NCBI RefSeq assembly: GCF_006345805.1
Contig: NC_043001.1
Coordinates: forward strand, 62,868,001 to 62,932,000
Length of the DNA stretch: 64,000 nt
Direction: 5' to 3'
Source: Octopus sinensis
Taxonomy: Eukaryota
Positions 1 through 13,304 of this stretch are shown piece by piece. Position numbers and translations under genes: made by a program. How positions within the stretch are numbered: the first letter of the stretch is position 1; the number at the start of each line of letters is the position of its first letter. Under the pieces are notes generated by a model. The model saw only the letters and a program-made list of their open reading frames with translations. It was not told the DNA's origin and did not search any database.

Positions 1-111
1 TAACATATCACAGAGGGATGACTTCAAACCTTTGAAACACAAGTATACAATTTTGAGCTAGAGGAAAGAAATGAGACTTTGATGGCAACAATTAATTAAA
101 TGGAGAATTCC

Positions 112-415
112 TTTGGCAGACTCTCATCATCCCATTCATTCTCCACATTTAACAGTCTTTCGTAATGGCTTCTCCAAGCCTCTTTCTTTGCAGAAGCATT
201 AAACTTACGGGCACCATCATCCATGTAGACATATTTCTCTCCTATGACATCACGATTGTCTCTCACTCACTGTCTTGCAACACGAAACACCTCAAGTCTT
301 TGACAAATTACTTCTTTTCTGCTTCCCTTTTGGCTATTTGATACAATCTCCTGCTACCCCCACTCTTCCAGGCCTGTTTCTTTGCTCTAATGGCCCTGTC
401 TACAGTGTTGTGGCC
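112..415 (-). mobile_element. RTE-clade LINE fragment (region between endonuclease and RT), degenerate
   Basis: The reverse complement aligns by eye to the RTE element at 62930-63300 (e.g. gtagacagggc(c/t)attagag, gaggtgtttcg(t/c)gttgcaagacag, gaatgaatgggat). Confidence 0.7.
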
Positions 416-1367
416 CTGAATATGCTAATTGATTACCATTTGGTAATTATGATACTACTTCTACAATTGAAGATAATCTTAATAAACAAAGAATTTATGT
501 ATTATTGTGTTTGATACCTGTCTATTGTCTACGTTGTTCACATAAATGCCAGTACCAGGCAGAGGTGGTTTCCAGCAGTAACAGAACTGTAAGAATAAAT
601 GGAAATATGTAGGTGAAACAAAGTTAGTAACCACAAGTCACCTTTTACACTCTCAGTGTTGTGATAAGAGTCAAAGTACCCTCTTGTGAGGAATGGACTG
701 AACTGAGAGAGTATATATGGTTTGTGTGGGTTGGTTTGTTCATTTGGAATATTTATTCTTGGTTCGTGAGAGATAGTTACATTCTTATTGCTACTGCATT
801 ATCTTATTGTATCGCACTGGTACTGTGTATTGTAGGCCATTATCCCAATAGTGGTGGTACTACTATATTGGATACAAACCACATTATAGCATCTGGCGAC
901 GAGAGTTTCGAAGCTTACATAGGTTGTATTTCACCTGCAAACCAAGCATTAAATCCTTTCTTACCAGATTGTCAGTCTTATGAAATTCCTTTGCCCATGT
1001 TTTTTCTTCAGCAGTCATCAACATATTCAAGATCGACTGCATCAATCTTACCAGTTTTTAAGGCACAGCTCTTGCCTTTCGTCTGAAAAGGAATGAAAAA
1101 GCCAAGGATATAGCCCCCTTTATCCAGCCAAATTGTTCAAATAAAACAGTGAGAAAAAAAACACCCACTGCTATTCCTGTGAATTAATAAGCTGTATACT
1201 ATATCAAACTGAGCCCACATCATCATCTTTAACATGTCTCACAGCTCAAACATCATCATCATCATTATCATCATGATGAAAACCTTATACTAAATATTTT
1301 ATCCAATCATTTCTCTCCAAAATATGCGGAAAAATACAGAGATTATGATTCTCTTTTACTCTTTTAC

Positions 1368-1690
1368 TTGTTTCAGTTATTTAACTGCAGCCATGCTGGA
1401 GCACTGCCTTTAGTTGAGCAAATCTACCCCAGGACTTATTCTATTGGTCTCTTTTGCCGAACCACTAAGTTACAGGGACATAAACACACCAACATTGGTT
1501 GTCAAGCGATGTTGGGGGGGGATAAACACAGACACAAACATATATATACATATATACGACGGGCTTCTTTCAGTTTCCGTCTACCAAATCCACTCACAAG
1601 GCTTTGGTTGGCCTGAGGATATAGAAGACACTTGCCCAAGGTGCCCCGCAGTGGGACTGAACCCAGAACCACGTGGTTGGTAAGCAAGTC
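1368..1690 (-). mobile_element. tRNA-derived SINE, abundant family (near full length)
   Basis: The minus strand has a tRNA-like head (ggttctgggttcagtccc, B-box-like), a central TA/CA tract and the tail ...gctccagcatggctgcagtt..actgaaacaagtaaaag. The same family recurs many times in the window. Confidence 0.8.
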
Positions 1691-2520
1691 CAGCACCTAT
1701 AAAATCTGATAAAAATTCAAAAAAAGTTTTGTAAATTTTTTTTTTCTAAATATGCAGAAAAATATGGACGTTATGATTTGGACAAAAATTTCAAAACATT
1801 TCTGTAGTTAGGGTTAGAGTTATGGTTAGCAATGGGGAAAAAAGTCAAAATTGAAGAATGGGTGGGGGGGAATTTAACAGTGCCGATTTTTGGCAATTTT
1901 CCGAAAACGTGGGCTTTTGGCAAAAAATGAAATTTTTAAATTAACAAATTTGGGAGAAAATGGTGGTGGGGTGGGTGGGCGGAAGTCTTTCCATAATTTC
2001 AAACCAGTAGAAAACCACAAAACGTTCTTTTTTCAGGGGAAGTGGGGGTGTACTTGATTTAATTGATCCCAATAATCAAGTAAAACTATTTTATCACACT
2101 TTTTTGTGTGACGATGAAAGAATCATTTAGGAAATGTACAAGAATCAAATAGTTTTTCTAGTTATCTACTCCTTGCATTTAATATGTTAACAACTAGTGC
2201 TTTTTAAGTGTAATTTACAGGTTAGAAAGAAAACAAACAAAATATAGAGTAAAGACTGAAAATAGTAGCTGAAAAACAGAAAAAATAAGCAATTTCAAAA
2301 AAGCTAAAAGCAGTAAAAAACGCATGAACAATTATGGTGGTGGTGGGATGTTGGTGTTTGTCTGAAAGGTAATGAAGTATACGTGCTTCTGATACACTTG
2401 TTTATTCATACGGACGTAACTGAGATAAAATGTTTTAAATAACAGTGACAAATGAATTATACACTGCCGAAAGTTGTTGTTTGTAATCAACAGCAGTAAT
2501 TCTCTTCAGCTGAATAAACG

Positions 2521-3120
2521 TCATTGATTGGTTGAAATTACCCAAATATGACAACTTTAACACGAAATAACTTCTAAAATACAAACTTTTGTCAACAATG
2601 ATAAGAGTAAAAACTCTTCTATATGACACATTCTACTAGTATCCAAAGTTTCAAAGTGTTTAGTTAAAGAAAATTAATTAATCGACTTGGCTACCAGATT
2701 GAAAAGATCTTTGTGTCACTGACATACATAACTTCTCTCTCTCTCCCTCTTTTTTTCTGTCAATCACTCACACATTCACTACAAGTAAATAATTATAAAA
2801 ATTTTCATTTATCTCTCTCTCAATCACACACACCAGCAAAACACCTTCACATACATACACATTTTTTCTGGCAAACCCTATCAACACACATCTATTGCCT
2901 CTCTGTCTCTTCACACACATTAACAAAACAACTTCAGGATCTTTACCTTTTGACCTACATATTTAAAAAAATTTTTTTTGCAACTAAACACTTTAAAACT
3001 TCGAGCACTGGTAGAATGTGTCATATAAAACATCTTTTAGCATTTTTGAGAAAAACTTATATTTACAAAGTAATTTCACATTAAAGTTGTCGTATTTCAG
3101 TAATTTCAACCAATCAGTGA
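2521..3120. repeat. Degenerate inverted-repeat (palindromic) element; arms about 2521-2668 and 2980-3120
   Basis: The arms are reverse complements (tcattgattggttgaaattac...gtgtttagtt vs aactaaacac...gtaatttcaaccaatcagtga). The same module occurs at 17914-18130 and 18420-18706. Confidence 0.7.
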
Positions 3121-3660
3121 TGTGTGTGCCGATGCATAAACATCGATTCTGTTTTCTGCTTGGAAATTTGTGGATTTTACATACACACATGAAAAAAAAA
3201 GCAGGTAAGAACAAATATGCAAGGCTTTTTGCTGGCATAATTCGTTATATCTATATTCCACAACACATAAATACATAAAAAACAGAACAAGCACACATGC
3301 ACACACAACCTATTAGCTTTCTTCTTCTCCTACCGCTTTAGTAGCTGTCACAAAGATATCCGAAGGAAATTGTTGAGTTGTCACGGAAACAACCGACTTC
3401 TTGTCAGTGAATCGTCGAGTTAATTTGAAAGATTGCCCAATTTTATTTAATCCCATACAGTTTTAGATTTAACATTTATTTACCACATTGTAGCCCTTGC
3501 GCACAAATAGTAGCAGCAACAGCAGTGGAGATGGTGGCGGTTGAGGCTAACTCCCAGGATGGAAGTGGAGTAATATGGAATCGACTTCAGATTACTAGAT
3601 GTAGGTAACTTGAAGTTGTCTACGTATGGCTCCAAATAAGAATATGTGGTTAATACAAGG

Positions 3661-3781
3661 CACTAGCGTAGTAGGGGGTGGGGACGGCAGCAGTTTTAAA
3701 GGAGCATCACTTTTGGGTCTGCTGTGGGCAATGTGTTTTTTTTGGGGTCAAGAAGTGGCACACATTCTAGCTACGCTAGTG
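3661..3781. mobile_element. hAT-type MITE, 121 bp
   Basis: TIRs CACTAGCGTAG / CTACGCTAGTG; 8-bp TSD ATACAAGG (3653-3660) / GTACAAGG (3782-3789), 7/8 match. An 8-bp TSD is the hAT signature. Confidence 0.75.
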
Positions 3782-3797
3782 GTACAAGGGTACCTTT

Positions 3798-4348
3798 GAT
3801 CTGTAGCATAGACATGTGTGAAATTCCTCTCTCCCTTTATTATATATACGTGCATTGGCCACTATTTGGATCCCGTTGTGTCCACAACGTAGCAGGGAAC
3901 AGCTAACCATTGGCTGCTATTTGTGTCCACTATGATTGGTTGGTATTGGAGCAATTTGTCTCTTATTCGAGTGTGCCAACTGCCATGTATAACCAGTCAG
4001 AATCCCTAAATAGGACCATGTGGGACAGTCTGTTTACCACCTATTTTGAACCTACTGCTCCTTATAAAAAACTCAGCTTTTCCTCGTTTCAACGTCCTTA
4101 GTTCCAGACCTTTTAAGGTCTAGCCACTGACCACAATGATACAGCCAGTTCCAGTGACAACACCAGAAATCACCAACACAGCAGCTATGTTGAGACTCAC
4201 CAACAAATTGCCCCAATACCAACCAATCTGAGTAGTGGACACAATGGGATCCAAATAGCAGCCAAAGGGTAGCTGTTCCCTGCTACGTTCTAATGCATAT
4301 ATATAATAAAGGGAGAAAAGAATTTCACCCATGTCTACGCTACAGACC
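3798..4348. mobile_element. Unclassified MITE with about 55-bp TIRs and shuffled subterminal repeats
   Basis: gatctgtagcatagacatgtgtgaaattcctctctccctttattatatata at the left end is the reverse complement of the right end (...aatttcacccatgtctacgctacagacc). No clear TSD. Confidence 0.65.
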
Positions 4349-5800
4349 TAAGTATGTTAAATATTCCTGTTATAGTAGAGTTACTACTTTTTTTAGTTTT
4401 AGGTAAATGAGCATAAATAAGTGAATTATTTTTCTAGTATAGAGCTTGGCAAAGTCATCTGACTTACCAGCATCTCTCAAACTGCCAAGCTCATGCTAGC
4501 ATGGAAGGAGGATGTTAAATGATGGTGCTAATTTCTAAAAAATTCATGTTTATTAAAATGTAGCATGAAATTTCAAAGAATAAAACTTGAATAACAAAAT
4601 GAAATAGCTTTAACTTCAACAGCTTTTAATTGCTAAGTTTGAAAACAGTAGGTTTACGGCAGGTAGGTAGGAATTACTATTTAATGCTACAAAGATAGTA
4701 TTCATATCATCATCCATTTGGTTTTTCTTGTTTATTATCATATTAGTTAGAATTGAAACCAATGTTTCACAGGAATATATTGATGAAAAAATGGTTAGCA
4801 GAAATATTACAAAAACAGCCATAATGTTTTGGAATACAATTCCATACTTTCAGACTTTACATCTGAAAGTTTATTTGGAATTTAATTTCTTAAGAATGTG
4901 CTCTAAGTCCAATGAATTTTACTTCCAAACAGGACTAGATTGGAAGGCAACTCACTTGAAATCTTCATCAAGAGATTTTAGAAATTGTTTTGTTTTCTCT
5001 AACTTTCTGTCACAGACTTAGCATTTGTATAAACAATTACGCATTTTGTTTAAGATTCTTACACTTGATTTCACCATCATCATTTAACATCCATGTTCCA
5101 TGCTGGCATGAACCGAATGATCTGACAGGTACAAGGACTGCATCATGCTCCACTATCTACTTTGGAATAGTTTCTTCAGCAGAGTGTCCTTCCTAACAGC
5201 AAAGTTGATTTCTTTTGGAAAGTACATGAAACTTTCAAAATCACACTGAAACATGTTGACTTTACATTTAAAACTCTTACTTAATCATGACTCAACCATT
5301 GTACATTATTGTATATTAGTAAAGTATTGTAAACTGATTTGCCATCATTTGAAAGTAAATTGAATTCTTATCTCTAATAGCCATCAAACAACCACAACTC
5401 TCACATCAGTAAAATCTTTAACACCTACGTTTGTGCACTATAGTTCATGATGTATAGATCTTCATTCAATAGAGTAGCCCCTTATTACAATGAAACCAGT
5501 TTAAGCATGAAATTAAATAGACAATATCATGCATGTAAAAAATTTAAAAATGTAAAATCATTTGACACTCGCTGTTTGTGTACATGTCATAAGGTCATAA
5601 ACTGTGCATACAAAATGTAATTCAGGTATTTCAAAATTAGTCCTTTATTGAGCAAACGTGTTTACAATATCCAAACATATTGGGTTAACTGGAAATAAAT
5701 TTAAAGAATTATTTTATCAACATCTACATCCTTTCAGAAAGCCAGAAAGGTCTTGGGACACAAGTTTGTGAAAATACAAATAGTCCTTGAAAAATAATTA

Positions 5801-6128
5801 CCATATTTGATAGCCTATAAGATACACTTTTGTTTACCCCAAAATGGCATAAAAAATAAATCCCCCTACATCCAGTGCACTCAATGTAGGCTCAAAACAG
5901 TATGTATGTTTACAAAATGTGTGCTGCCATCTATTGATGAACAATCGCCTACGGTATGTTTATACTGAATGTGGATGTAATTGCTTATAATTACTGGTAA
6001 TAACATAAAGTTATACAGGTAACTGGAGGAATTAAAACATTATTTTAGTGGTAATTTATTTTACAAAAGTATAGCTTAGGCTAGGATGCATCCTATGTAC
6101 TCGTGCATCTTATAGGCCATCAAATACA
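5801..6128. mobile_element. Tc1/mariner-pogo-type MITE
   Basis: About 27-bp TIRs (ccatatttgatagcctataagatacac / gtgcatcttataggccatcaaatac) flanked by TA at 5799-5800 and 6129-6130. Confidence 0.65.
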
Positions 6129-6168
6129 TATGTACAAGGCTGTATAAAATTATTTAGAATAACTACAG

Positions 6169-6389
6169 TGTGGGGATGAGGTGAACCAGAAGTAAAGGGT
6201 CAGTGACGTCAACAGCTGAGGGGCCCTACCAGAAGAGCAGGAGTGAGGGGGATCACATGGGTGGAAGTAGGACAAGCATGGGCCTCTCTGCTCTGGTGCG
6301 CAGGGTGCCTTTTGGATGTAGCCTAGCTGGAAAATTGACACTGCAAGAGAACCTGAGAAGTAGGTGAATCACACTTTGCTCTTCATACA
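6169..6389 (+). repeat. 5' LTR of element 1
   Basis: Starts TGTGGGGATG, ends CATACA; homologous to 12587-12868. Confidence 0.85.
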
Positions 6390-6401
6390 AGCTATTTCAG
6401 C
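6390..6401 (+). promoter_or_regulatory. Putative primer-binding site of element 1 (AGCTATTTCAGC)
   Basis: Directly follows the LTR end; 11/12 identical to the motif after the LTR of element 2 (the difference is CpG to CpA). Confidence 0.7.
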
Positions 6402-7986
6402 CTTCATGTATTTTTTTTGTCCTCTTCCATGATATGTTAGCAAAAATAAGGATTGGTAGTGATGCCATCAGACCTGTCTGTGGCGAAGATGTTATCATCT
6501 GGATTCGAAAGATCAAGGTGGTGGCCAGGCTGCAAAGCATTGAAAATGTAGCAGGTCTCATAGCTCTGCTTTGAAGAGAAATGCATTGGCACTGTACCTT
6601 GAAATGGATGAAACAGACCAACTGGTTGCAGAGAAGATTGAACAGCGCTTAAAGGAAACATTTACAGAAGGATCATATGCTGCATTCACCGAGTTAGGAA
6701 AGGCCAGGAGGACATATATGCAGCAAAATTTCAGTGACTGACCATACTCTCTGGTTTTACTGGAGAAGGATTAGAAAAGTCAGCACAGTTGGCATTCACG
6801 AATGGCTTCCCTGATGAGATATTGTTGTGGCTGCAACAGCTGCCGAGTAGTGAGAAGATAATGAATGAACTCATCACTGAAGCCTGTGTGTCGATGCAAA
6901 ACGCCAAAATGCAGTGGCAATTGCAACTACAGAAGCCCACAGTATCATGTGACAATTGTAGAAGAATGAGGAGAGAAAAGTCACTGTAAAGCAGCCATTA
7001 CCATTTATGGGCCAGTATTTTAAGTATCAGGGACTGCACATGGCAAAGGACTGTGAGGAGTCAAAGCCTGAACCCATCTGCTACCAGTGCAAGTGGACAG
7101 AGCATATCACTAGAAACTGCAGCCAGGGAAAAGGCCACAGGGAAGTTGCTGCCTCTCAAACTTTCCATGTGAGCATGTAGAGGCTCTTGTACAGTTGCTG
7201 CCTATAGTTGATGTCCTGCTGGAGGAAAGGTGTTCAAAGTCCTCATGGATACAGGCTGTACAATGTCTCTTGTGACCCTAAAGGTGACTAAAACATGGAA
7301 GGGGATGAGTAGTGTTAGGGCAGTTGATGGCAGTGTAATGTAGAAGTGGAGATGGCAGTGTGGGGCACAACACTAAGAGAGCAAATAATAGAGATTGATC
7401 ATGTGGTAGAAGGAATTGATGTAGTGATGAGCAAGGATGTAATCAACTGCCTAGGAGGTGTCATTGTTAGTAGAGACATGGCTTTATTTGGTAGCGCAGG
7501 AGCATCATGCACTGTGAGTCTGCAACAAGAAAGAGGGAAGAGTTCCAGTGAGTACTGTACTGCTTACACCAGACATGTCAAACTCCCAGCCCATGCAGCA
7601 ATTTCATCTGGCCCACGGGACCATTTTGCTATCAGCATGAAACTGATCAAATGGTGGCATCAGCAGGACATTACATTATATATAGCATTGACTGCACTAC
7701 CTTTCTTACTAAGAGTATCACCAAAGTAGCAATAATTTAATACACAACTAGAAACAACACCACTGTAACTAATACACCCTGTTTGTGCAAACAAACACAT
7801 TAAAGAGGCATGATAACACAGTCACAAGTCTTAATTGTAACTGCAACAAAGCATGCTAGAAATGCCTCCTTCTATTCTCTAATTGCGTGTTGTGAAGCGC
7901 TACTAATCCCATAATGCACTGCAATTGCCGCCTTCAGGTGATCATTTTCATGGGACGTCATTCAGTAGTAGTAACTATCTATATCA

Positions 7987-10000
7987 ATGGCCAAGAGAAA
8001 AGTCAATGCTGAAAACAGAGCCTTTCAAATCCGGTGGCAAGCTGAGTACCTGTTTACTGACATTGATGGCAAACCCGCGTGTCTTAATTGTGGTACTAAC
8101 GTTGCTGTACTTAAAGAGTATAATCTCAAACGCTACTAGACAAAACATCAGGATAAGTATAAATACCTCGCTGCTGAGCAGAAGTAATGAAAGGTAGACG
8201 AGTTGAAGAGGAATCTCACATTACAAGAGACTTTTTTTAACCAAAGCAAAATCTCAAAGTGAAGCTGCTGTCAAAGCAAGTTTTATTGTGAGCTTTATTG
8301 TGGCAGAGGAGATCACAAAACCAGCTTGACCAGAGTTTGTGAAGAGCTGTGTGATGAAAATGTGTAACATTTTGTGTCCAGACAAGAACCAACTGAGTAT
8401 TAGCAGAAATATGGTTGCTAATCAGGTGTGTGAGATGGCCACTAATTTGAAAACACAGTTGATTGAAAAAGGAAAAGATTTTGTTGCATACTCTCTTGCT
8501 GTGGATGAGACTACTGACACGACCGATATGGCACAGCTGGCTATCATCATCTGTGGAGTGGACTCCAATTTGTTCATCATGGAGGAAATTTTGGACATTA
8601 AATTGATGCATGGGACAACAGGAAAGGACCTTTTTGAAAAAACATGTCAGTGTAACTGACATGAAACTGCCTTGCGACAAACTTGTTGGACTTATAATAG
8701 ATGGAGCACTGGTGATGTGCTGTGAAAAAAGTGGGCTAGTGGGTAGGATAGATTTAAAGATGCAAGAAGAGAACTGTGCTGGTGAGTTGACAACATATCA
8801 CTGCATTACACCAGGAAATGCTGTGCACTAAAGCCATGAAAATGGAACATGTAATGAGCACTGTAATGCAAACCATAAACTTTATCCAAGTCAAAAGGGT
8901 TAAATCACAGTCAATTTCAGTCTTTCCTGCTGGTTCAGTGATGTGCCTTATCATACAGAAGTGTGGTGGCTCAGTCAGAGAGAGGTCCTCAATATAGTTT
9001 TTGAGCTGGTTGAGGAGATATGTCAGTTCATGGACAGTAAAAGAAAAGAATACAAAGTTCTGCGGAATAATAAGGGGAAATGCGAGTTGGTGTTTCTGGT
9101 TGACAAAACTGCGCATCTCAATGTTTTAAACATCTAGCTCCAGGGATGGGATCACATGATCTGTGATACATATGACGCAGTGAAGGCATTTCAAGCGCAC
9201 TTATGGGAAACACAAATGCACGAATTGAACTTGTCTCATTTTCCCTATTGCCAAGTAATGTTCAGCACCACGGTGTTCCCAAAGCAACACTTTGCTGATA
9301 AATTGAATGTGCCCCACACTGAATTCACACAGGGCTTTAGTGACTTTGAAGCACAAAAAAATAATTTTGAGCTGCTTTGCAACCCATTTGCTGTCAATGT
9401 GGAAACTACCTCTACAGATTCAAACGAAGCTGATAGAACTGCAGTGTAATGAGACATTAAAAGCAAATTACAACTCTGGGGCCTGCATAGTTCACTTGCT
9501 TCATATATTGGCGAAAGCGATGTGGTGGACAACGAAAAACCTGGCTGATGACAGTCAAGGCTGATCTGGAACCCAACCTAGGCCCCGATATCTATGGCGT
9601 TCGCTGCTGGAATAAGGAGTGGTTGGAGATCACGCAGTCATTAGCTTCAAATCGCCAGGCCTGGTCGGCGTTTGTGAGAGATGCAGCATTGAGGATGAAT
9701 GAAGCCAGCTCAACCCACCCTGGGTGAATGCTGTCAAGTCAGTCAGTCTTCATACATGAAACAATTCCCCAGCTCCGTTTACACAAAGCTCAAATGCTGT
9801 CTTTGTTTGGAAGCACATATCTGTGTGAACAGCTGTTCTCTGTGATGAAGATGAATAAAATGTCACATAGGAGTTGTCTCACAGATGAACACCAGCAATC
9901 CATCATGAAAATCTCAACAACACAGAACCTAGCCCCAAACATCAATGAACTCATTGCCAAGAAAAGATGCCAAGTATGTAGCTTGGACAAAATTGCATAA
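7987..10000 (+). pseudogene. hAT transposase pseudogene
   Basis: MAKRKVNAENRAFQIRWQAEYLF...CLNCG...YNLKR (BED-like finger), YSLAVDETTDTTDMAQLAI (first catalytic D), DGALVMC, WLSQREVL, FGSTYLCEQLFSVMK (dimerisation domain). Multiple stops and frameshifts. Confidence 0.9.
9509..9747 (+). mobile_element. 5'-truncated RTE-type LINE 3' end inserted in the hAT transposase
   Basis: Encodes GGQRKTWLMTVKADLEP...NRQAWSAFVRDA...HPG*, followed by a (AGTC)n tail; 10-bp TSD CTTCATATAT (9499-9508) / CTTCATACAT (9748-9757). Confidence 0.75.
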
Positions 10001-12586
10001 AGAAAATTGAAAGTTTCGATTTATTATTTTAATTTTCACAGAAAGCACATTTTTGACAGGAGATATTTTTATGCAGAGCAAAATATTTTAAGTAATTTAA
10101 GTTGGAACAAATTTATATACCGTTTCAATACATGTTCATGTTCAAAAGGTTTTAGTCTGTTCAATAAATGTTTATCTTGTTCAGCCCACAACCTAAAGTG
10201 TGCTTTGAGTTTTGGCCCCCTGTGCAATTGACACTCTTGGCTTACACCATTGAAGATAAGGTTTTCAGGCAGCGTTCAATGTGGACAGTTGAATGGCGCT
10301 GGAAAGGTGAGCACCTGACACTTGAATAACAGGCTAAGCTTTTATCAGCATACCTTGAAAAGAGATGCCACGAATGAGTTTGAAGGAGAGGTAGAGGGAT
10401 GGATCAAGGAGGATATCCTAATCCAGTGGAAGGAGAAAGCAAAGAGCAGAGTGCTGCCACTAATGGCAGTGGTGCAGCCAACGAAGGGCAAGACAGGCTG
10501 GAACTGGACTTTTGAGAGCTGAATGACTATGTGTTTTGATACACTGGAAGCAAGATTACTGTTTGTGGGGAGATGATACAAGAATGGAGGCAGATGATGA
10601 GGGCTGCAACAATTGTCGACTTGAAGTTGGCATATCTGCAGCTCCATGTGAACAAGAAATTGTGGAAGTATCAGCTTGTGAGACATAAGGGCCAGACATA
10701 CTGTTTGACTAGGCTGGGTTTCAGGCTGAATTCTGCACCAAAGATAATAGCAACAGTGCTCAAATTTACCCTGGGAAAGGTGGATAAAGTAAAAAAGGCC
10801 ACCAATTCCTGTATGGACGACGACAGCCTTGGTAGACAAGACTGTCGTATCTGCTGCAGAGGTCACAGGGCATCTGAAGAAGTTCAGGCTAACCACAAAA
10901 CTACTGGAGCCAATGGTTAGAAGAGCTGCACTGGGGCATCTGAAGAAGTTTAGGCTAACCATGAAACCACTGGAGCCAATGGTTAGAAGAGCTGCACTGG
11001 GGCTTAAGCTACAAAGAGACAAGACAGGGGTGTTGGTATTTCAGAGAGGAAATGAGATTCTGGAACAGGGCACCAGCACGAACAGATAAGAACTGTTCTT
11101 GATGTGTGGGAGACTATTGGGCCACTATTCAATTGTGGGGTGGCTTCAAACAGCATGCAGCTATGTCAAGACATGAGCAGACAAGCTGTGAAGACAAAGT
11201 GGGAGAGAGGACCATGGTGATGATGCAGAAGATCCGAGAGAAGGTAAGAGCAGAAGACCCAGTAAGAGGAAGCTGGTATGTGCCCAAATTGAAGAAAGGA
11301 ACCATATAGTGTGATGCTAGCAGCATAGCAATAGGGGTTGCCCTGAAAATCAGGGGTATTGAAGTGGAGGATGTAGTTCAGTTCAGAAAAGTAGATGATT
11401 ACAACCACATAAACGTGGGTGAATTGGACAGTGCTGAAAGGGGTGAACCTGGTCCTGAGATGGGGACTGCATACTATTGAAATCCAAACTGATTCGGCTA
11501 CTGTTTGGATGGGTGGTATCAGTGATCACTAATGAATGGAAGGTTCAGACAAAAGGGGCTGCAGAGATGTTAGTGAAGCACCGCCTAGGGGTTCTAGGAG
11601 AGTTAGCCGTCAAATTTAGTTTGAAGTTGTACGTAGTCAGAAAGGAATATGGCAGACATTATAACCAGGATGGTTGGTAGTGCCAGAAGATCTGGAGCAG
11701 GGGAGCACTGCAGTGTGTCAGCCAGGTGACTGCATACCATGCATCTTATCAGTGTGGATAGAACCTTGTATCTTTCCAGGAAGGTTGACTCTGACGTTAC
11801 TAGGCAGAGCATTCAAAAAGTGATCAGGAGCTGTGACATATGTCAATCTCTCCAGGTGTGCATGAGTCAGGAAATATCTCAGTAAAGCATAACTGGAGAT
11901 GATTGGCAGTGGATGTGACACACTACCAGCAGGGGACACATCTCTCAATGGTTGACTGTGGACCAGGGCAGATGGCAATATGGGCACTGCAGATGAGGTT
12001 GCACAAACCTTGAACAAGGGCCCTGTGGATGTATTGCTGATGGACAATGGCACTGAAGTTTGTTTGGAGGTGCTGGATAAGTGTCATGTGCACTGCTTCT
12101 TCAGGCTGAGTAGAAACGAGATTGTGGAAAGATACTATCACATGCTCAAGGCCATGGCAGAGAGGGGATGCATCTCACCACTAGAGGAGATATTTTGGTA
12201 CAATATGTCACCCCAATCAGGACAGGCCAAAGAGTCATTTCCACACAGAGTGATATTCAGGTATGAATGACGACACCCATGTACAGCTTCACAGTGCCTT
12301 GTGAAAGAGAGAGAGAAAGAGCCTGCCTTCGTGCAGGTAGGAGGTGAGGTCTGGGTCAAGACTTCAAAGGCATGCAGCACATCTCAGTGAAATAGATGAA
12401 TACTGACGGCTGTTAATTTCAAAAATAATATCTCTGTGAATTGAATGTCATGTCATGTTTTGGATGTTTGAAGAATTGATGCTTCATTGGATAATGGAAG
12501 GGGTGGAGAGGACGTGAACCGGCACTCCATCCCCGTGTGGATTTTAACATGGAGTGAAGTGAGGTGATCTTTGAGATCAGGAGGCA

Positions 12587-12868
12587 TGTGGGGATGAAGT
12601 GAACCAGAAGTAAAGAGTCAATAATGTCAATGGCTGAGTGGCCCTACCGGAAGAGCAGAATAGAGGGAGGTTAAATGGACCTCTTCACTTTGAGGCAATT
12701 ACTGCAGATGGATGCATGTCAATGTATGATCTAGAGAGGGAATTTGCTGTTAGGTACTGGCCTTAGATTAGGTGGATAGGGCGCCTTTCAGATGTAACCC
12801 AGCTGGAAAGTTGATGCTGCAAGAGAACCCGAGAGGTAGGTGAATTGCACTTCCTTCCTCATACTACA
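12587..12868 (+). repeat. 3' LTR of element 1
   Basis: Starts TGTGGGGATG after gagatcaggaggca, ends CTACA, followed by the TSD CACAG. Confidence 0.85.
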
Positions 12869-12899
12869 CACAGCATGCCAAACTAAATAGTCATCAACA

Positions 12900-13272
12900 T
12901 TTTAACATCAACTTTTCCATGTGTGCATGGGCCAGACAGAGTTCCTTGAGGCAGATTTTTTAATATCAGATGCCCTTCCTGTTGTCAACCATACCAGTTT
13001 CCAAGCAAGGTAATATTTTCCAGTAGCTGGACGTTTCAAAGAGTGGAAATGAAGAACACCATTTGTACGATGGTGATGCTTTTTTAGAACAATGATGTGA
13101 TGTCAAGACAAGGAGCCACAAACACACACCTCCACATGAACGCATATGATACGTATACGATGGGTTTATTTTAGTTTTCGTCAACCAAATCCACTCATTG
13201 GCTGAAATGCAATGCAACGGGACTGAACCCAAAATCATGTGGTTGCAAAGCAAACGTTTTTTATGCCAGTGC

Positions 13273-13290
<18 letters not shown>
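12900..13290 (-). mobile_element. Adjacent fragments of the RTE-tail repeat and the tRNA-SINE
   Basis: tttaacatcaacttttccatg...; ...caaccaaatccactca...gggactgaacccaaaatcatgtggttg match the two recurrent families. Confidence 0.55.

Positions 13291-13304
<14 letters not shown>

Larger units (their letters stand above)
7570..10239 (+). mobile_element. hAT DNA transposon (Charlie/SPIN-like, GTF2IRD2-type transposase), decayed
   Basis: Perfect 8-bp TSD GCTTACAC (7562-7569 and 10240-10247); degenerate TIRs CAGACATGTCAA / TTGACACTCTTG. Removing it restores gcttacaccattga as seen uninterrupted in element 2 (about 20996-21010). Confidence 0.9.
6169..12868 (+). mobile_element. Old Gypsy/Ty3-order LTR retrotransposon (element 1), decayed gag-PR-RT-RH-INT, interrupted by a hAT transposon
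   Basis: TG...CA LTRs at 6169-6389 and 12587-12868 (diverged); 5-bp TSD TACAG/CACAG. gag starts at ATG 6434 (MLAKIRIGSDAIRP), CCHC knuckle at 7079-7120, PR (LMDTGC) near 7245, RT (VDLKLAYLQ...TRLGFRLNSAPK) at 10600-10760, INT remnants 11750-12400. Many stops and frameshifts. Confidence 0.9.

Noticed and set aside
661-1086. 141-aa hydrophobic ORF with ANQALNPFL, reminiscent of a GPCR TM7 NPxxY
   Set aside because: There is an in-frame stop at 628-630, the start is GTG, the Tyr of NPxxY is absent, and no flanking TM exons were found. It sits among decayed repeats and is likely chance.
4728-5021. Possible small exons of a minus-strand gene (GTGAGT donor near 4960, LEKTKQFLKSLDEDF)
   Set aside because: The acceptor is weak, joining to nearby AG sites gives early stops, and there is no recognisable homology.
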